Assembly: GCA_963840745.1 (NCBI GenBank)
Contig: CAWJAC010000004.1
Coordinates: 4,027-68,026, forward strand
Origin: Candidatus Zambryskiibacteriota bacterium
GTDB lineage: Bacteria > Patescibacteriota > Minisyncoccia > Phycocordibacterales > WO2-35-19
Length of the DNA: 64,000 nucleotides
Reading direction: 5' to 3'
Part shown: in pieces, positions 24,798 to 35,241 of the stretch
Numbering within the stretch: the first letter of the stretch is position 1
Layout of the letters: the number at the start of each line of letters is the position of its first letter
The notes under the pieces: generated by a model
What the model was told of the DNA's origin: nothing
What the model saw: the letters and a program-made list of their open reading frames with translations, nothing else
Database searches by the model: none
Translations under genes and position numbers: made by a program

Positions 24798-26723
24798 ATG
24801 CCAAAACAAAATAAACAAAATAAAAAAGACGACGATAAGAAAATTATTTTAAAAAAGATTCCAAGTAGAAAAATTGGAGGTTCCTTTTTTAGCAATTTTA
24901 TTATAGGCGTTTTGATTTTATTTTTTATAATTTCTGTTTATTCTCTGTTTATGGGCAATAAAAGTAAACAGCAAATCAGCATTTCCGAACTGGCCAATTC
25001 CGTTAGAGCCGGAGAAGTAAAAGAGTTAACTGTGATGGGCGGAACAGTAGATGCCACATATAGAAATGGCGATGTTAAAACGGCAGTCAAAGAAGACACA
25101 GTAGGCATCGCCGAAACCCTTGCCGCCTACGGCGTGACCCCGACAGATTTAAGTAAATTAATAGTGACCGTAAATGGAAACAGCGGCTTCTTATATTGGC
25201 TGATCAATCTTTCTCCAATAATATTTCCCATTCTTTTCATTGCCGTTTTCATTTGGCTGATGACTCGCCAGATAAAAGGGGCGGGTATGCAGGCTTTTTC
25301 TTTCGGCCAGTCGCGAGCTAGGATCACAGCGCCGGATGATTCCAAACAGAGAGTTACTTTCAAAGATGTGGCCGGGTGCAAAGAGGCCAAAGAAGAACTT
25401 TCCGAAATAGTAGATTTCCTCAAAAATCCTAAAAAGTTTTTTGAAATCGGAGCCAGAATTCCGAAGGGCATACTGCTGATGGGTGCTCCGGGGACAGGCA
25501 AAACTCTCCTCGCGAGGGCAGTGGCCGGCGAAGCTGGGGTGGCCTTCTTTTCCATTTCAGGATCTGAGTTCGTGGAAATGTTTGTTGGAGTGGGGGCTTC
25601 TAGAGTAAGAGACCTTTTTCAAATGGCCAAAAAAATGGCTCCGGCTATTATATTTATGGATGAAATCGATGCGGTGGGTAGAGTGCGTGGTGGCGGCCTT
25701 GGTGGTGGCAATGATGAAAGAGAGCAGACTTTAAATCAGATTTTGGTTGAAATGGACGGCTTTGAACCGACCGAAAAAGTGGTGGTGATGGCGGCGACAA
25801 ACCGGCCGGATGTTTTGGACCCGGCACTCCTCCGCCCGGGCAGGTTTGACCGCCGAGTGACCATTGATTTGCCGGATCGCGCCGATCGGGAAGAAATTCT
25901 TAAAATACATTCAAAAGAAAAACCCTTTGCTGAAGATGTAAATTTGATCGTGGTTGCCGAGCGTACTCCCGGATTTTCGGGTGCTGATCTTTATTCTCTT
26001 ATGAACGAAGCAGCCATACTGGCGGCCAGAGAAAACAGAACTAAAGTGGCTCAATTTGATTTGGTTCGCTCTATTGAAAAAGTTATGCTTGGTCCGGAAC
26101 GCAGAAGCCACATCCTCTCCAAAAAAGAAAAAGAAATTACCGCTTATCATGAGGCCGGACATGCTCTGGTGGCCAGCGTCTTGCCTTACGCTGATCCGGT
26201 GCACAAAATTTCAATCATTAGTCGCGGTCGAGCCGCCGGTTATACTCTCAAATTGCCCATTGAAGACAAACGACTTCAATCCAAAAAAGAATTTTTGGAT
26301 GATATAGCCATGTCACTTGGTGGTTATGTCACCGAAAAAATAGTGTTTAATGATTTAACTACCGGACCATCAAATGATTTGCAGGTTTCTACCGCATTGG
26401 CTCGGGATATGGTCACCAAATACGGCATGTCGGACAATTTGGGGCCGGTGGCGCTGGAAGGTACGGAAGGCAAAGCTCTTTTTGGCAGGGGAGTAAATGA
26501 AAAAGAATATTCCGAGCAGGTTGGAGATACGATAGACAAAGAAGTTTCAAAAATAATGAAAGACGCTTACGACAAAGCCGAGAAAATTATTACCGAGCAC
26601 CGTCCATTGCTTGATATCATTGCCAAAAGGCTTATAGAAAAGGAATCTATCGAACGGGATGAATTTGAATCAATATTGGTTGTCAACGGCGTCCAGCCTA
26701 AAAGAAAAGAAGAGGTGGTTTAA
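24798..26723 (+). CDS. ftsH: ATP-dependent zinc metalloprotease FtsH
   Basis: Two N-terminal TM helices, Walker [12 protein letters not shown], and a zinc site HEAGHAL. Confidence 0.95.
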   Translation: MPKQNKQNKKDDDKKIILKKIPSRKIGGSFFSNFIIGVLILFFIISVYSLFMGNKSKQQISISELANSVRAGEVKELTVMGGTVDATYRNGDVKTAVKEDTVGIAETLAAYGVTPTDLSKLIVTVNGNSGFLYWLINLSPIIFPILFIAVFIWLMTRQIKGAGMQAFSFGQSRARITAPDDSKQRVTFKDVAGCKEAKEELSEIVDFLKNPKKFFEIGARIPKGILLMGAPGTGKTLLARAVAGEAGVAFFSISGSEFVEMFVGVGASRVRDLFQMAKKMAPAIIFMDEIDAVGRVRGGGLGGGNDEREQTLNQILVEMDGFEPTEKVVVMAATNRPDVLDPALLRPGRFDRRVTIDLPDRADREEILKIHSKEKPFAEDVNLIVVAERTPGFSGADLYSLMNEAAILAARENRTKVAQFDLVRSIEKVMLGPERRSHILSKKEKEITAYHEAGHALVASVLPYADPVHKISIISRGRAAGYTLKLPIEDKRLQSKKEFLDDIAMSLGGYVTEKIVFNDLTTGPSNDLQVSTALARDMVTKYGMSDNLGPVALEGTEGKALFGRGVNEKEYSEQVGDTIDKEVSKIMKDAYDKAEKIITEHRPLLDIIAKRLIEKESIERDEFESILVVNGVQPKRKEEVV

Positions 26724-26787
26724 AACTTATACACAAAAGGAGATTGATTTACTTGAAATTGAGTATACAGTTTATTGTGTGAGTTAT

Positions 26788-27219
26788 GTGAATAAAAATT
26801 TAATCTACAGAGGTTTTACTTTGATAGAGCTTCTGGTAGTGATCGCAATTATAGGAGTGCTTTCTTCAATAGTACTCGCTTCTCTCAATAATGCGCGAAG
26901 TAAAGGCAATGATGCCAAAACCAAAGCCCAACTTTCGGGCGTGCGCGCGGCGATGGAAATTTATTATTCTACGAATTTAAACTATGGAGCTGCTGCCACA
27001 AATTTATGCACCGCCAGTCCATTTACAGACTCAATTATAACTCAGTATATTAACAATATGCCGTCTGGAGTTACACCGAAATGTGTCTCTACAATAACAG
27101 GATATGCCATATCCGCAAATCTTTTAAATGTGTCTGGCAAATATTGGTGTGTTGATTATAAGGGTTTTTCTCAGGCAAATAGCGCGACTCAAGCGGACGG
27201 TGATGACACCTGCAACTAA
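26788..27219 (+). CDS. type IV pilin (major-pilin-like)
   Basis: GTG start giving MNKNLIYRG|FTLIELLVVIAIIGVLSSIVLASLNNAR. C-terminal Cys pair (CVDYKG...DDTC). The longer ORF from 26659 overlaps ftsH and is unlikely. Confidence 0.8.
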   Translation: MNKNLIYRGFTLIELLVVIAIIGVLSSIVLASLNNARSKGNDAKTKAQLSGVRAAMEIYYSTNLNYGAAATNLCTASPFTDSIITQYINNMPSGVTPKCVSTITGYAISANLLNVSGKYWCVDYKGFSQANSATQADGDDTCN

Positions 27220-27287
27220 TTTTTAAAGTTTCTACTAGCTTTCTTTTTTGTGCTTGCACCGCGTAGCTCTGTTAATACAGAGCGAAG

Positions 27288-27363
27288 TGGTGCGCGCTGA
27301 GGGATTTGAACCCCCGACCAATCCGGTATAAGCGGAGTGCTCTACCAACTGAGCTAAGCGCGC
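27288..27363 (-). tRNA. tRNA-Ile (anticodon UAU), CCA encoded
   Basis: GCGCGCU-UA-GCUC-AGUUGGUA-GAGC-A-CUCCG-CUUAUAC-CGGAU-UGGUC-GGGGG-UUCAAAU-CCCUC-AGCGCGC-A-CCA. Manual cloverleaf with a perfect 7-bp acceptor stem. The body resembles minor tRNA-Ile. Confidence 0.85.
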
Positions 27364-27417
27364 ATGCCTTAGGATAATATAAATTTTGCTAAAACTCAAT
27401 TTTAATTTGAACTCGTT

Positions 27418-28506
27418 TTAAAACGGCAGGCCATAAGATTTGTTTATAAGTATGGAAGAAATTAAAGAAGATATGGGATACAGGATCAAAATTGCGACAA
27501 AAAAGACATTGGCAATTTTTGATAAAGCCGGCCTCAATTTGGCAGTTAAAGAAAAAATAAACAAAGGCAAAAATGTCTGCCAAATATTAATGAGAGGCAA
27601 AAAATATCTTGAAGCCTGGCATTCCGCCGTCAGAAATACCATATAAAGCGCTGCGGTGACTATAAGCAAAATATAAATAAGTTTAGGCGGCAGAGGGGAT
27701 TCTATTTTTTCTTCCATAAATAAAAATATAATTGAAAAAAACATAGAGATAAACGTAAAGATAGAAATAGTCAAAACATCAGAAAAAGTTAGTCTATTTG
27801 GGGCAAAATATTCATAATGATAAATTATTTTAAATAAAAGATCGCTAATATGTTGCACGGGCATATACCACATAAATGGATCAAATAAAACGAAAGACGC
27901 ACCTGTGCCTAAAATTATATAAAACATTTGCTGCCAGCTGATTTTTGATTTTAGAAATAACAAAAATAAAAAAACCATTATTGATCCTATATCAACTCGA
28001 GTGGCTATAATAAGTCCGGCCAAAATGCTCCAAAAAACCAAAAGAGAAGGCTCAACTTTTTCTTTTTTGTAAATATACAGAGAAAACAAACACAAAAAAG
28101 TTATCAGCAATGACACCATAGTAGATGGTGGAGTGGAATTTGCGTAAAGCCAATTGGAAGAAAGAGTGATCAAAACGATCGGCCACCACAAATTATTTTT
28201 ACTTAAAACAAAACAAAGAGCACATGTGCCGGCGATGGCCAGTCCATCTAAAATAATCATCAAAATCAGAAGTGAATTTTCATAAGATAAATCAAAAGCA
28301 TTGTGAAGAATTAAAACTCCTTCAATAATAGGTCCGCCCGGATGGCCATATGCACCCAAAATATCAAATTGAGCCGGATTATTTGTCTGCACATATTCGG
28401 CTTGTTTAGCCCAAATGCTGAAATCAGCCATTCCTAATTTGGTAAATATAAATCCTTGTATAAAACAGGCGATTACAAAACAAAAAATAAAAATTTTTTT
28501 AGTCAT
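27418..28506 (-). CDS. polytopic membrane protein (possibly a GT-C-type glycosyltransferase; function tentative)
   Basis: 362 aa with ~10 hydrophobic helices and an early loop (GAYGHPGGPIIEG). No diagnostic motif confirmed. Confidence 0.7.
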   Translation of the reverse strand: MTKKIFIFCFVIACFIQGFIFTKLGMADFSIWAKQAEYVQTNNPAQFDILGAYGHPGGPIIEGVLILHNAFDLSYENSLLILMIILDGLAIAGTCALCFVLSKNNLWWPIVLITLSSNWLYANSTPPSTMVSLLITFLCLFSLYIYKKEKVEPSLLVFWSILAGLIIATRVDIGSIMVFLFLLFLKSKISWQQMFYIILGTGASFVLFDPFMWYMPVQHISDLLFKIIYHYEYFAPNRLTFSDVLTISIFTFISMFFSIIFLFMEEKIESPLPPKLIYILLIVTAALYMVFLTAECQASRYFLPLINIWQTFLPLFIFSLTAKLRPALSKIANVFFVAILILYPISSLISSILINKSYGLPF

Positions 28507-28513
28507 AACTATA

Positions 28514-30613
28514 TTATTCCATATGCACCGCTGTCTTTGAGGAAAGGTGTTTAGCGAGCAGGGGATATCCCTTCAAATCAGGGTCTTTTTCAATCAAAGT
28601 GCGGGCTTCCAGGCGGGCGGCTTCTACCATTTTTATATTTTTTAAAGCTTCCATGGCCAGATCAGAAACGCCCCATTGCTTAGCACCAGCCAAATCGCCA
28701 GCGCCCCTTTGCTGGAGATCCGCTTCGGCCAGCTCAAAACCGTTTTTGGCCGTGGTGAATGATTTTAATCGGCTGATGGTCTTCTGGCTTTTGGTTTCGG
28801 CAAAGACAAAACAATATGGTTTGTAGGAACTTCGAAGGACTCTGCCCCGAAGCTGATGCAATTGAGCCAGACCAAACCTTTCGGCGTTTTCTATTATTAT
28901 AACGGTGGCGTTTGGCACATTTACCCCCACTTCTACTACAGAAGTAGCCACTAAAATATTAGCTTTGCCGTCTCTGAAATCTTTCATTATTTCTTCTTTT
29001 TCTTTGGCTGTCTTTTGGCCGGTTATGCTTAATATTTTAAATTCAGGAAATATTTTTTCTTGCAGCCTTTCAGTCTCTGACTTAACCGATTTGGTGTTAA
29101 TGGCATTTTCCTTGTCAGGATCAGGATCGTTTATACGGGGACAAATAACAAAAACCTGCCTGCCCGTTTTTAACTCAGCTCTCACTTTTTCATAAATTTC
29201 CTCTCTTTCGTGGGACAAAACTATTTTTGTTTCCGGTATTTGCCGTCCCGGGGGCAATTCGTCAAGAAGCGACAAATCCAAATCTCCAAAAATTGTCAGA
29301 GCCAAAGTGCGGGGAATGGGGGTAGCGGTCATAGACAATAGATGCGGGGCGATATCTGGCTTACGGCGTAGCTGCATTCTTTGTTTTACACCAAACCGAT
29401 GCTGTTCATCTATGATTATTAGGCCGAGGTTTTTAAATTTAACGGTCTTTTGGATAAGGCTATGGGTGCCGATGAGGATCGGTATCTCTCCGTTTGCCAC
29501 CCATTTCAAAAGCTGGGGCTTTGATATTTTGGTCCACTTTTCTTTGTTTGTTTTGGATGGGAATTTTTTAGCTCCCGAACCGGTCAGAAGTCCGACCGGC
29601 AATTTGAATTTTGAAAAATATTCAATAAAAGATTCGAAATGCTGTTCGGCTAAAATTTCTGTCGGCGCCATGTAAGCCGTTTGCAAACTTCCGTAAGTTT
29701 GCAAACGGCCCCGAGCGAAGTCGAAGGGCTTACTCATCGCTACCACAAAAGCGGCGGCGGCGGCCACAGCCGTTTTGCCGGAACCAACATCTCCTTCAAG
29801 CAGGCGGGACATAGGATGGCCTGTTTTAAAATCATTGAGCACTGCTTCCAAGGATCTATTTTGGGCATTGGTCAGCGGGAATGGAAACGAATCAGTAAAT
29901 TCTTTTATTTCTTCTCCTTTTTTTGCAATGGTAAAAGCTTTTTCTTTTTGGGCGATATATTTTTCTTTCTGCCTATCAAGCTGGATAAAAAATATTTCTT
30001 CAAAAGCGAATCTTTTTCTAGCCACTTCGGCATCATCTTTTTTTCTGGGAGAGTGTATCCAAATAAGAGAAGTTTTTAGACAAGGCAAGCTGTATTTTTT
30101 TAAAATTTCAGCGGGTATGGAGTCTTCTAAATTTTCTAAAACTCCACTTTTAAAAATTTTTTGGACAGCATGATAAATCCAATTTGATGAGATACCTCTG
30201 CTTTCTGGATAGATTGGAGAGAGATTCAGATTATCTTCTCCGGAAAATAAAGAATCACTGGTACCTTCGGGTATTTGAGATATTTTTTCTATTTTAGGAT
30301 TTGAAAAGTAAAGTTCATTTTTTCTTTCTGATATTTTCCCCTCGATACGGACCAAATTTCCCTCAAAAAACATTTTGGCTATATACGGCTGAGAAAACCA
30401 TATAATTTTTATTTTACCGGTTGAATCTAAAACTTCTGCAGTAGAGATAGCGACGTGTGACCTGAAAGTTTTAGATGTTTTTAATTTTGATATTTTACCG
30501 AAGACCACTGCGTTTTCTCCCGGCGTCAAAAATTCTATTGATTTAACCGCACCAGCCTCTCCATATCTAGCTGGGAAGTGCCTCAAAAGGTTCTCAACAT
30601 TTTTGAGGCGCAT
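28514..30613 (-). CDS. recG: ATP-dependent DNA helicase RecG
   Basis: N-terminal wedge/OB region. Helicase motifs GDVGSGKT, DEQHRFG, SATPIPRT-like (SMTATPIPRT), QLHQLRGRV. Confidence 0.9.
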   Translation of the reverse strand: MRLKNVENLLRHFPARYGEAGAVKSIEFLTPGENAVVFGKISKLKTSKTFRSHVAISTAEVLDSTGKIKIIWFSQPYIAKMFFEGNLVRIEGKISERKNELYFSNPKIEKISQIPEGTSDSLFSGEDNLNLSPIYPESRGISSNWIYHAVQKIFKSGVLENLEDSIPAEILKKYSLPCLKTSLIWIHSPRKKDDAEVARKRFAFEEIFFIQLDRQKEKYIAQKEKAFTIAKKGEEIKEFTDSFPFPLTNAQNRSLEAVLNDFKTGHPMSRLLEGDVGSGKTAVAAAAAFVVAMSKPFDFARGRLQTYGSLQTAYMAPTEILAEQHFESFIEYFSKFKLPVGLLTGSGAKKFPSKTNKEKWTKISKPQLLKWVANGEIPILIGTHSLIQKTVKFKNLGLIIIDEQHRFGVKQRMQLRRKPDIAPHLLSMTATPIPRTLALTIFGDLDLSLLDELPPGRQIPETKIVLSHEREEIYEKVRAELKTGRQVFVICPRINDPDPDKENAINTKSVKSETERLQEKIFPEFKILSITGQKTAKEKEEIMKDFRDGKANILVATSVVEVGVNVPNATVIIIENAERFGLAQLHQLRGRVLRSSYKPYCFVFAETKSQKTISRLKSFTTAKNGFELAEADLQQRGAGDLAGAKQWGVSDLAMEALKNIKMVEAARLEARTLIEKDPDLKGYPLLAKHLSSKTAVHME

Positions 30614-30683
30614 TTTGGCCAGCGCTTTTTTTGGAAAGGCGAAAGTCTGAAAATCGATTCAAGATAAGTATCTGTTTTAATTA

Positions 30684-30944
30684 TCATGGTGTTGTAGAAC
30701 TGCTGGTGTTTGTAGTGCTCGCCTCGCCGGCAGGCAGGGGGCAAGGTGCAAAATCACAATTTGGCCCGGTACGGCTGACATAAGAACCATCAGGGCAAAG
30801 TTTGGCTTCCATGGTGCAAGCGACCGGTTCTTTCTCATTTGGATTTTTGTATTCTACTGGATTGGGATTGTAAATATAAAGCAGTCCTCCTAAAATAAAG
30901 ACGACAGCAACAAATATGATAATAAATAATCTATTATTCATCAT
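30684..30944 (-). CDS. small membrane-anchored Cys-rich protein
   Basis: 86 aa: one N-terminal TM helix, then C-x5-C...C-x4-C (CTMEAKLCPDGSYVSRTGPNCDFAPC). Confidence 0.6.
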   Translation of the reverse strand: MMNNRLFIIIFVAVVFILGGLLYIYNPNPVEYKNPNEKEPVACTMEAKLCPDGSYVSRTGPNCDFAPCPLPAGEASTTNTSSSTTP

Positions 30945-30959
30945 TGTTTAAATTTGAGG

Positions 30960-31232
30960 TTAAAAACAAAGGAAGCCGCAAGGCAAGTCGCCATCAAGAT
31001 ACCACTTATTTTGAAATTTAACTATTTTGATCGTCTTTCCGGATGCTATTTTACAAGTTCCATAAGTATCAGTTTTTTCCAAAAGTTGCGTGCAGCCCCT
31101 GAAAGCATAATAATTTTCAAAAGTACTATGTGCCTTTTGTAGCATCACCACCTGATAAACGCCAAAAATTCCAACTGATATAGCTATCAAAATCGCCGTT
31201 TTTATTAAATCTTTTTTGTTTTTTGTGATCAT
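30960..31232 (-). CDS. hypothetical membrane-anchored protein (91 aa)
   Basis: Start trimmed to MITKNKKDLIK. The ORF-track N-terminus (MCPLNGTEGSNPSPSA) is the translated tRNA-Ser gene. One TM helix and four Cys. Confidence 0.55.
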   Translation of the reverse strand: MITKNKKDLIKTAILIAISVGIFGVYQVVMLQKAHSTFENYYAFRGCTQLLEKTDTYGTCKIASGKTIKIVKFQNKWYLDGDLPCGFLCF

Positions 31233-31323
31233 GGCGGAAGGGGAGGGATTCGAACCCTCGGTGCCGTTTAAAGGGCACACATCTTTAGCAAAGATGCACG
31301 ATAGACCACTCCGACACCCTTCC
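31232..31323 (-). tRNA. tRNA-Ser (anticodon GCU), long variable arm, CCA encoded
   Basis: GGAAGGG...CAUCU-UUGCUAA-AGAUG-[long variable arm UGUGCCCUUUAAACGGCAC]-GAGGG-UUCGAAU-CCCUC-CCCUUCC-G-CCA. Confidence 0.9.
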
Positions 31324-31463
31324 CTGTTTTTACTATTCTTGCACGAAATTGAGCTTTTATCAAAGAATTATTGCATTGTATTGTATTTGACTATTTTGCC
31401 TGCATTTGTTAGCTTTAAGGAAGCCCGAAGGGGCATTTTAATTGACTTGTTGTAATTATTAGA

Positions 31464-31649
31464 ATGGCAAAAACTTCAGTAAAAGCAAGAGCAGCAAAAA
31501 AGCCTAAGTTTAGCACTCGGGCTACTAATCGTTGTTTCAAATGCGGCCGCGGCCGAGCTTATATGGGAGATTTTGGCCTTTGCAGGATCTGTTTCAGAGA
31601 ACTTGCAAATGAAGGAAAAATTCCAGGAGTTAAAAAATCATCATGGTAA
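31464..31649 (+). CDS. rpsN: 30S ribosomal protein S14 (zinc-binding type Z, 61 aa)
   Basis: [38 protein letters not shown]. Confidence 0.9.
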   Translation: MAKTSVKARAAKKPKFSTRATNRCFKCGRGRAYMGDFGLCRICFRELANEGKIPGVKKSSW

Positions 31650-32038
31650 CCGACCCCATAGGAGATTTTATAATAAGATTAAAAAATGCCGGGAACACCA
31701 AAAAAGAGAGTGTTTCGGTGCCTTTTTCAAAAATGAAGCTAGCTATAGCCGAACTGCTTTCAAGCAAGGGATATCTGGGGGAAGTGACCAAAAAAACCAA
31801 AGGCAATGCAAAATATTTAAATATAACTTTACTTTATACAGAAGACGGCAGCCCTATAATTTCGGATGTAAAAAGAATGTCAAAACCTTCCCGCCGATTG
31901 TATGAGAAGGCCAAAGACATAAAAAGATTTCGTCGAGGATTTGGTGTTTCTGTTTTCTCTACACCCAAAGGTGTTATGACTGATATGGACGCTAAGAAAA
32001 ATAATTTAGGAGGAGAATTTTTATTTAATATTTGGTAG
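31643..32038 (+). CDS. rpsH: 30S ribosomal protein S8
   Basis: [16 protein letters not shown]... Overlaps the rpsN stop by 7 nt. Confidence 0.95.
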   Translation: MVTDPIGDFIIRLKNAGNTKKESVSVPFSKMKLAIAELLSSKGYLGEVTKKTKGNAKYLNITLLYTEDGSPIISDVKRMSKPSRRLYEKAKDIKRFRRGFGVSVFSTPKGVMTDMDAKKNNLGGEFLFNIW

Positions 32039-32063
32039 TTCGACTTTGCTCACTATAAATAAA

Positions 32064-32597
32064 ATGTCAAGAATAGGAAAAAAAGGAATAGTCATACCGG
32101 ACAAAACAGAAGTTTCTATAAATTCTGGTGTTGTTTTGGTAAAAGGCCCAAAAGGTTCTTTGGAAAGAAGTTTTCGCCCCGATATTTCAATTGTTGTGAG
32201 CGATAAAAATATTTCCTTGACTCCAGTTAAAGAGAACAATCAAACCAGAGCGCTTTGGGGCACTTACGCTTCCCACATAAAAAATATGATAAAAGGAGTG
32301 AACGACGGTTTTGAAAAGAAACTTATATTGGAAGGAGTGGGTTTTAAATCTCAAGTCAATGGTGCCAAATTAGTGTTGGCTTTGGGATTTTCCCACCCGG
32401 TAGAAGTTGAAATTCCGGAAGGCTTGAATGTCAAAGCTGAAAAAAATCTTTTAACCATATCTGGTATTGATAAAGAATTAGTCGGCAGTTTCACCGCCAA
32501 GATCAGGGACCTGAAAAAACCGGAGCCTTATAAAGGCAAAGGTTTCCATTACCATGATGAAATTATAAGAAGAAAACAAGGTAAAAGAAGCGTATAG
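32064..32597 (+). CDS. rplF: 50S ribosomal protein L6
   Basis: [19 protein letters not shown]... Start taken at the internal ATG of ORF 32046-32597. Confidence 0.9.
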   Translation: MSRIGKKGIVIPDKTEVSINSGVVLVKGPKGSLERSFRPDISIVVSDKNISLTPVKENNQTRALWGTYASHIKNMIKGVNDGFEKKLILEGVGFKSQVNGAKLVLALGFSHPVEVEIPEGLNVKAEKNLLTISGIDKELVGSFTAKIRDLKKPEPYKGKGFHYHDEIIRRKQGKRSV

Positions 32598-32599
32598 TT

Positions 32600-32947
32600 A
32601 TGGATACAAAAATTAAAAAAATACAGAGAGACAGGAGGAGAAAGCGTATCAGAGCTAAAATTTTTGGTACATCTGAAAAGCCGCGACTTTCTGTTTTCAG
32701 ATCAAATAAATACATTACAGCCCAGCTCATTGATGATTTTCGCGGAGTTACTTTGGCTTCTGCCACCAGCCGTGGCGCCAAAGGTAAAAGCGTTTTAGAG
32801 AAAGCCAAAGCAGTCGGAGCAGAAATTGCAGAACAGGCTAAGCAGAAAAAAATATCCAAAGCAGTATTTGACAGGGGAGGCTATCTTTATACCGGCTCTG
32901 TTTCTGCGGTGGCGGATGGGGCTAGAGGTGCCGGTCTAAAATTTTAA
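32600..32947 (+). CDS. rplR: 50S ribosomal protein L18
   Basis: [33 protein letters not shown]... Confidence 0.95.
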   Translation: MDTKIKKIQRDRRRKRIRAKIFGTSEKPRLSVFRSNKYITAQLIDDFRGVTLASATSRGAKGKSVLEKAKAVGAEIAEQAKQKKISKAVFDRGGYLYTGSVSAVADGARGAGLKF

Positions 32948-32959
32948 TTTAAAACAATT

Positions 32960-33601
32960 ATGCCTAATGAAGAAGAAAAAATAAAAGAAGAAGTAGTAGA
33001 AACAGAGACGATTGATGAAAATATTGTTCCTGTTGAAGTTTTGAAAGTGGCATTGCCACTTCCCCCAACCGGTTTTAGTTTAAGCAAGGGTGGTAGCAGG
33101 GATAGACGCAAAAATGAGCGCCGACCTTCTAGGAGACCAGAAAGAGCCAGACAGGAATTTGACAACAAAATCATCAGTGTAAGGAGGGTAACTAGAGTGG
33201 TGGCCGGAGGCCGCAGATTCAGTTTCAGCATTGCTATGGTAATCGGAGATAAAAAGGGCCGAGTAGGGGTCGGGCTAGGTAAGGCGGGAGATACGCCGAT
33301 TGCCGTCAATAAAGCCATGCAAGCCGCTAAGAAAAATATGATTACAGTGCATTTAAACAAAAAGAATTCAATTAACCATCCGACAGCAGCCAAATATTCC
33401 AGTGCCAGAGTTTCTATCATGCCGGCTCCGGGCAAAGGAGTAATCGCCGGAAGTTCAGCTAGAGTTGTTTTGGAACTCTGCGGCATCAGAGAAGTTTCTT
33501 CCAAAATTTTTTCCAGATCCAAGAATAAATTAAATATAGCCAGAGCGACAGTAGAGGCATTGAAAAATTTAAAAAAGGAAAGGATTAAAATTAAGGAGTA
33601 A
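32960..33601 (+). CDS. rpsE: 30S ribosomal protein S5 (with ~50-aa N-terminal extension)
   Basis: ISVRRVTRVVAGGRRFSFSIAMVIGDKKGRVGVGLGKA core, preceded by an acidic/basic extension. Confidence 0.95.
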   Translation: MPNEEEKIKEEVVETETIDENIVPVEVLKVALPLPPTGFSLSKGGSRDRRKNERRPSRRPERARQEFDNKIISVRRVTRVVAGGRRFSFSIAMVIGDKKGRVGVGLGKAGDTPIAVNKAMQAAKKNMITVHLNKKNSINHPTAAKYSSARVSIMPAPGKGVIAGSSARVVLELCGIREVSSKIFSRSKNKLNIARATVEALKNLKKERIKIKE

Positions 33602-33626
33602 GATAGAATAAAGACGATTCATCAAC

Positions 33627-33977
33627 ATGCAATTTCACAATTTAAAAAAGAATAAAAGTAACAGGAAAGCCAAACAAGTTGGTCGTGGCGGCACGCGCGG
33701 CAAAACTTCCGGCAGAGGCACCAAAGGCCAAAATGCGAGGTCCGGCAGGAAAAAAAGGCCGGAAATGCGAGACATTATAAAAAGATTACCCAAACTTCGC
33801 GGTCGCGGCAAAAACTTTCTCAAATCCAGATTTGAGAAGCCTATTGCCATAAATATTTCTCGCGTGAGAGCTCACTTTAAGGAAGGAGAAGAAATTAATG
33901 CCAAAACTCTTTTGGAAAAGGGTCTTATAAAAACCAGAAGCGGAAAGCTTCCGAGAATAAAAATTTTAAATGGCTAA
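33627..33977 (+). CDS. rplO: 50S ribosomal protein L15 (short, 116 aa)
   Basis: VGRGGTRGKTSGRGTKGQNARSG. Starts 25 nt after rpsE, with no room for an L30 gene. Confidence 0.9.
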   Translation: MQFHNLKKNKSNRKAKQVGRGGTRGKTSGRGTKGQNARSGRKKRPEMRDIIKRLPKLRGRGKNFLKSRFEKPIAINISRVRAHFKEGEEINAKTLLEKGLIKTRSGKLPRIKILNG

Positions 33978-35241
33978 CTTCATTCATAAAATCAAGCTGG
34001 TATTAGGCGATAAAAGTCTTAGAAATAAGATTTTGTTTACTCTTTTCGTTTTAGTTTTATTTCGCTTGATGGCAGTGATACCGATCCCGGGAATCGATGC
34101 CGCCAGGCTTCAGCAATTTTTAACCGGCAATGATTTTTTTGGTCTTCTAAACATTTTTTCCGGCGGTGGGCTCTCAAAACTTTCCATCATAATGCTTGGA
34201 GTCTCTCCTTATATCACCGCTTCGATTATTTTGCAGTTGATGACTGTTATGTTTCCCAAACTCAAAGCCATGTATCAAGAGGAAGGGGACACAGGCAGAA
34301 AAAAGTTTGCCCAATATTCAAGACTTTTGACCGTTCCTCTGGCTTTAATGCAAGGTTATGCTTTTATTGTTCTTCTGCAAAGTCAAGGGATTTTGGCTAA
34401 GCTCGGCACTTTTAATCTCATAACAAACCTCATCGTTATTGCAACCGGTTCGCTTCTTCTCATGTGGCTGGGCGAGCTTATCAGCGAATTTGGAGTGGGT
34501 AACGGGGTTTCTCTTATTATCTTCGCCGGTATTGTCTCGGTTTTGCCCGGCAATGTAGGCAATCTTTTGTTCGCCTTCGATCCTTCACAGATTCCTGCTT
34601 ATGTAGGTTTTATAGCGGCTGGACTTTTAGTTATCTGGGGAGTAGTGGTTATCACTGAAGCCGAAAGGCCAATTCCGATTACCTATGCCAAGCAAGTGAG
34701 AGGCAATAAAATATATGGCGGAGTTTCCACTTATTTGCCTCTGCGAGTAAATCAAGCAGGAGTTATACCCATTATCTTCGCTCTCTCTATTCTTCTTTTT
34801 CCTCAAATGATAGTAAAATTTTTGGTCAATGTTAATAATGTCATCATTCAAAACGTCTCCGCTTTTATACTTTCTATTTTATCGAATCAGGTATTTTATG
34901 GAATTGCTTATTTCTTGCTTGTTTTTATTTTCACCTATTTTTATACCGCTATCACCTTTGATCCTGATTCCATTTCCAAAAACTTGCAAAGAAGCGGCGC
35001 ATTTATTCCCGGTGTCCGTCCCGGCGTTTCCACCTCTGGCTATATTGCCAAAACACTTTTCCGACTAACCATGGTTGGAGCTTTGTTTCTCGGTATCATT
35101 GCCGTCTTGCCTCTTATAGTTCGGGCTTTTACTGGCATAAGCGCGGTGGCTATCGGCGGCACAAGTCTCCTCATCGTTGTCTCCGTTGTCATTGATCTCA
35201 TCAAAAAAGTTGATGCTCAAATATCAGCCAGAGAATACTAG
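33970..35241 (+). CDS. secY: preprotein translocase subunit SecY
   Basis: 10-TM protein with motifs LFRLMAVIPIPGID, GVSPYITASIILQL, GELISEFGVGNG. Confidence 0.95.
   Translation: MANFIHKIKLVLGDKSLRNKILFTLFVLVLFRLMAVIPIPGIDAARLQQFLTGNDFFGLLNIFSGGGLSKLSIIMLGVSPYITASIILQLMTVMFPKLKAMYQEEGDTGRKKFAQYSRLLTVPLALMQGYAFIVLLQSQGILAKLGTFNLITNLIVIATGSLLLMWLGELISEFGVGNGVSLIIFAGIVSVLPGNVGNLLFAFDPSQIPAYVGFIAAGLLVIWGVVVITEAERPIPITYAKQVRGNKIYGGVSTYLPLRVNQAGVIPIIFALSILLFPQMIVKFLVNVNNVIIQNVSAFILSILSNQVFYGIAYFLLVFIFTYFYTAITFDPDSISKNLQRSGAFIPGVRPGVSTSGYIAKTLFRLTMVGALFLGIIAVLPLIVRAFTGISAVAIGGTSLLIVVSVVIDLIKKVDAQISAREY

Noticed and set aside
26659-26787. Long N-terminal extension of the pilin ORF (start at 26659) overlapping the ftsH 3' end by 65 nt.
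   Set aside because: Prepilin leaders are short. GTG at 26788 gives MNKNLIYRG|FTLIEL, a canonical leader. The upstream part overlaps ftsH coding sequence.
31233-31280. N-terminal 16 codons of ORF 30960-31280 (MCPLNGTEGSNPSPSA).
   Set aside because: This stretch is the reverse-strand tRNA-Ser(GCU) gene being translated. The CDS was trimmed to the ATG at 31232-31230, which shares one base with the tRNA CCA end.
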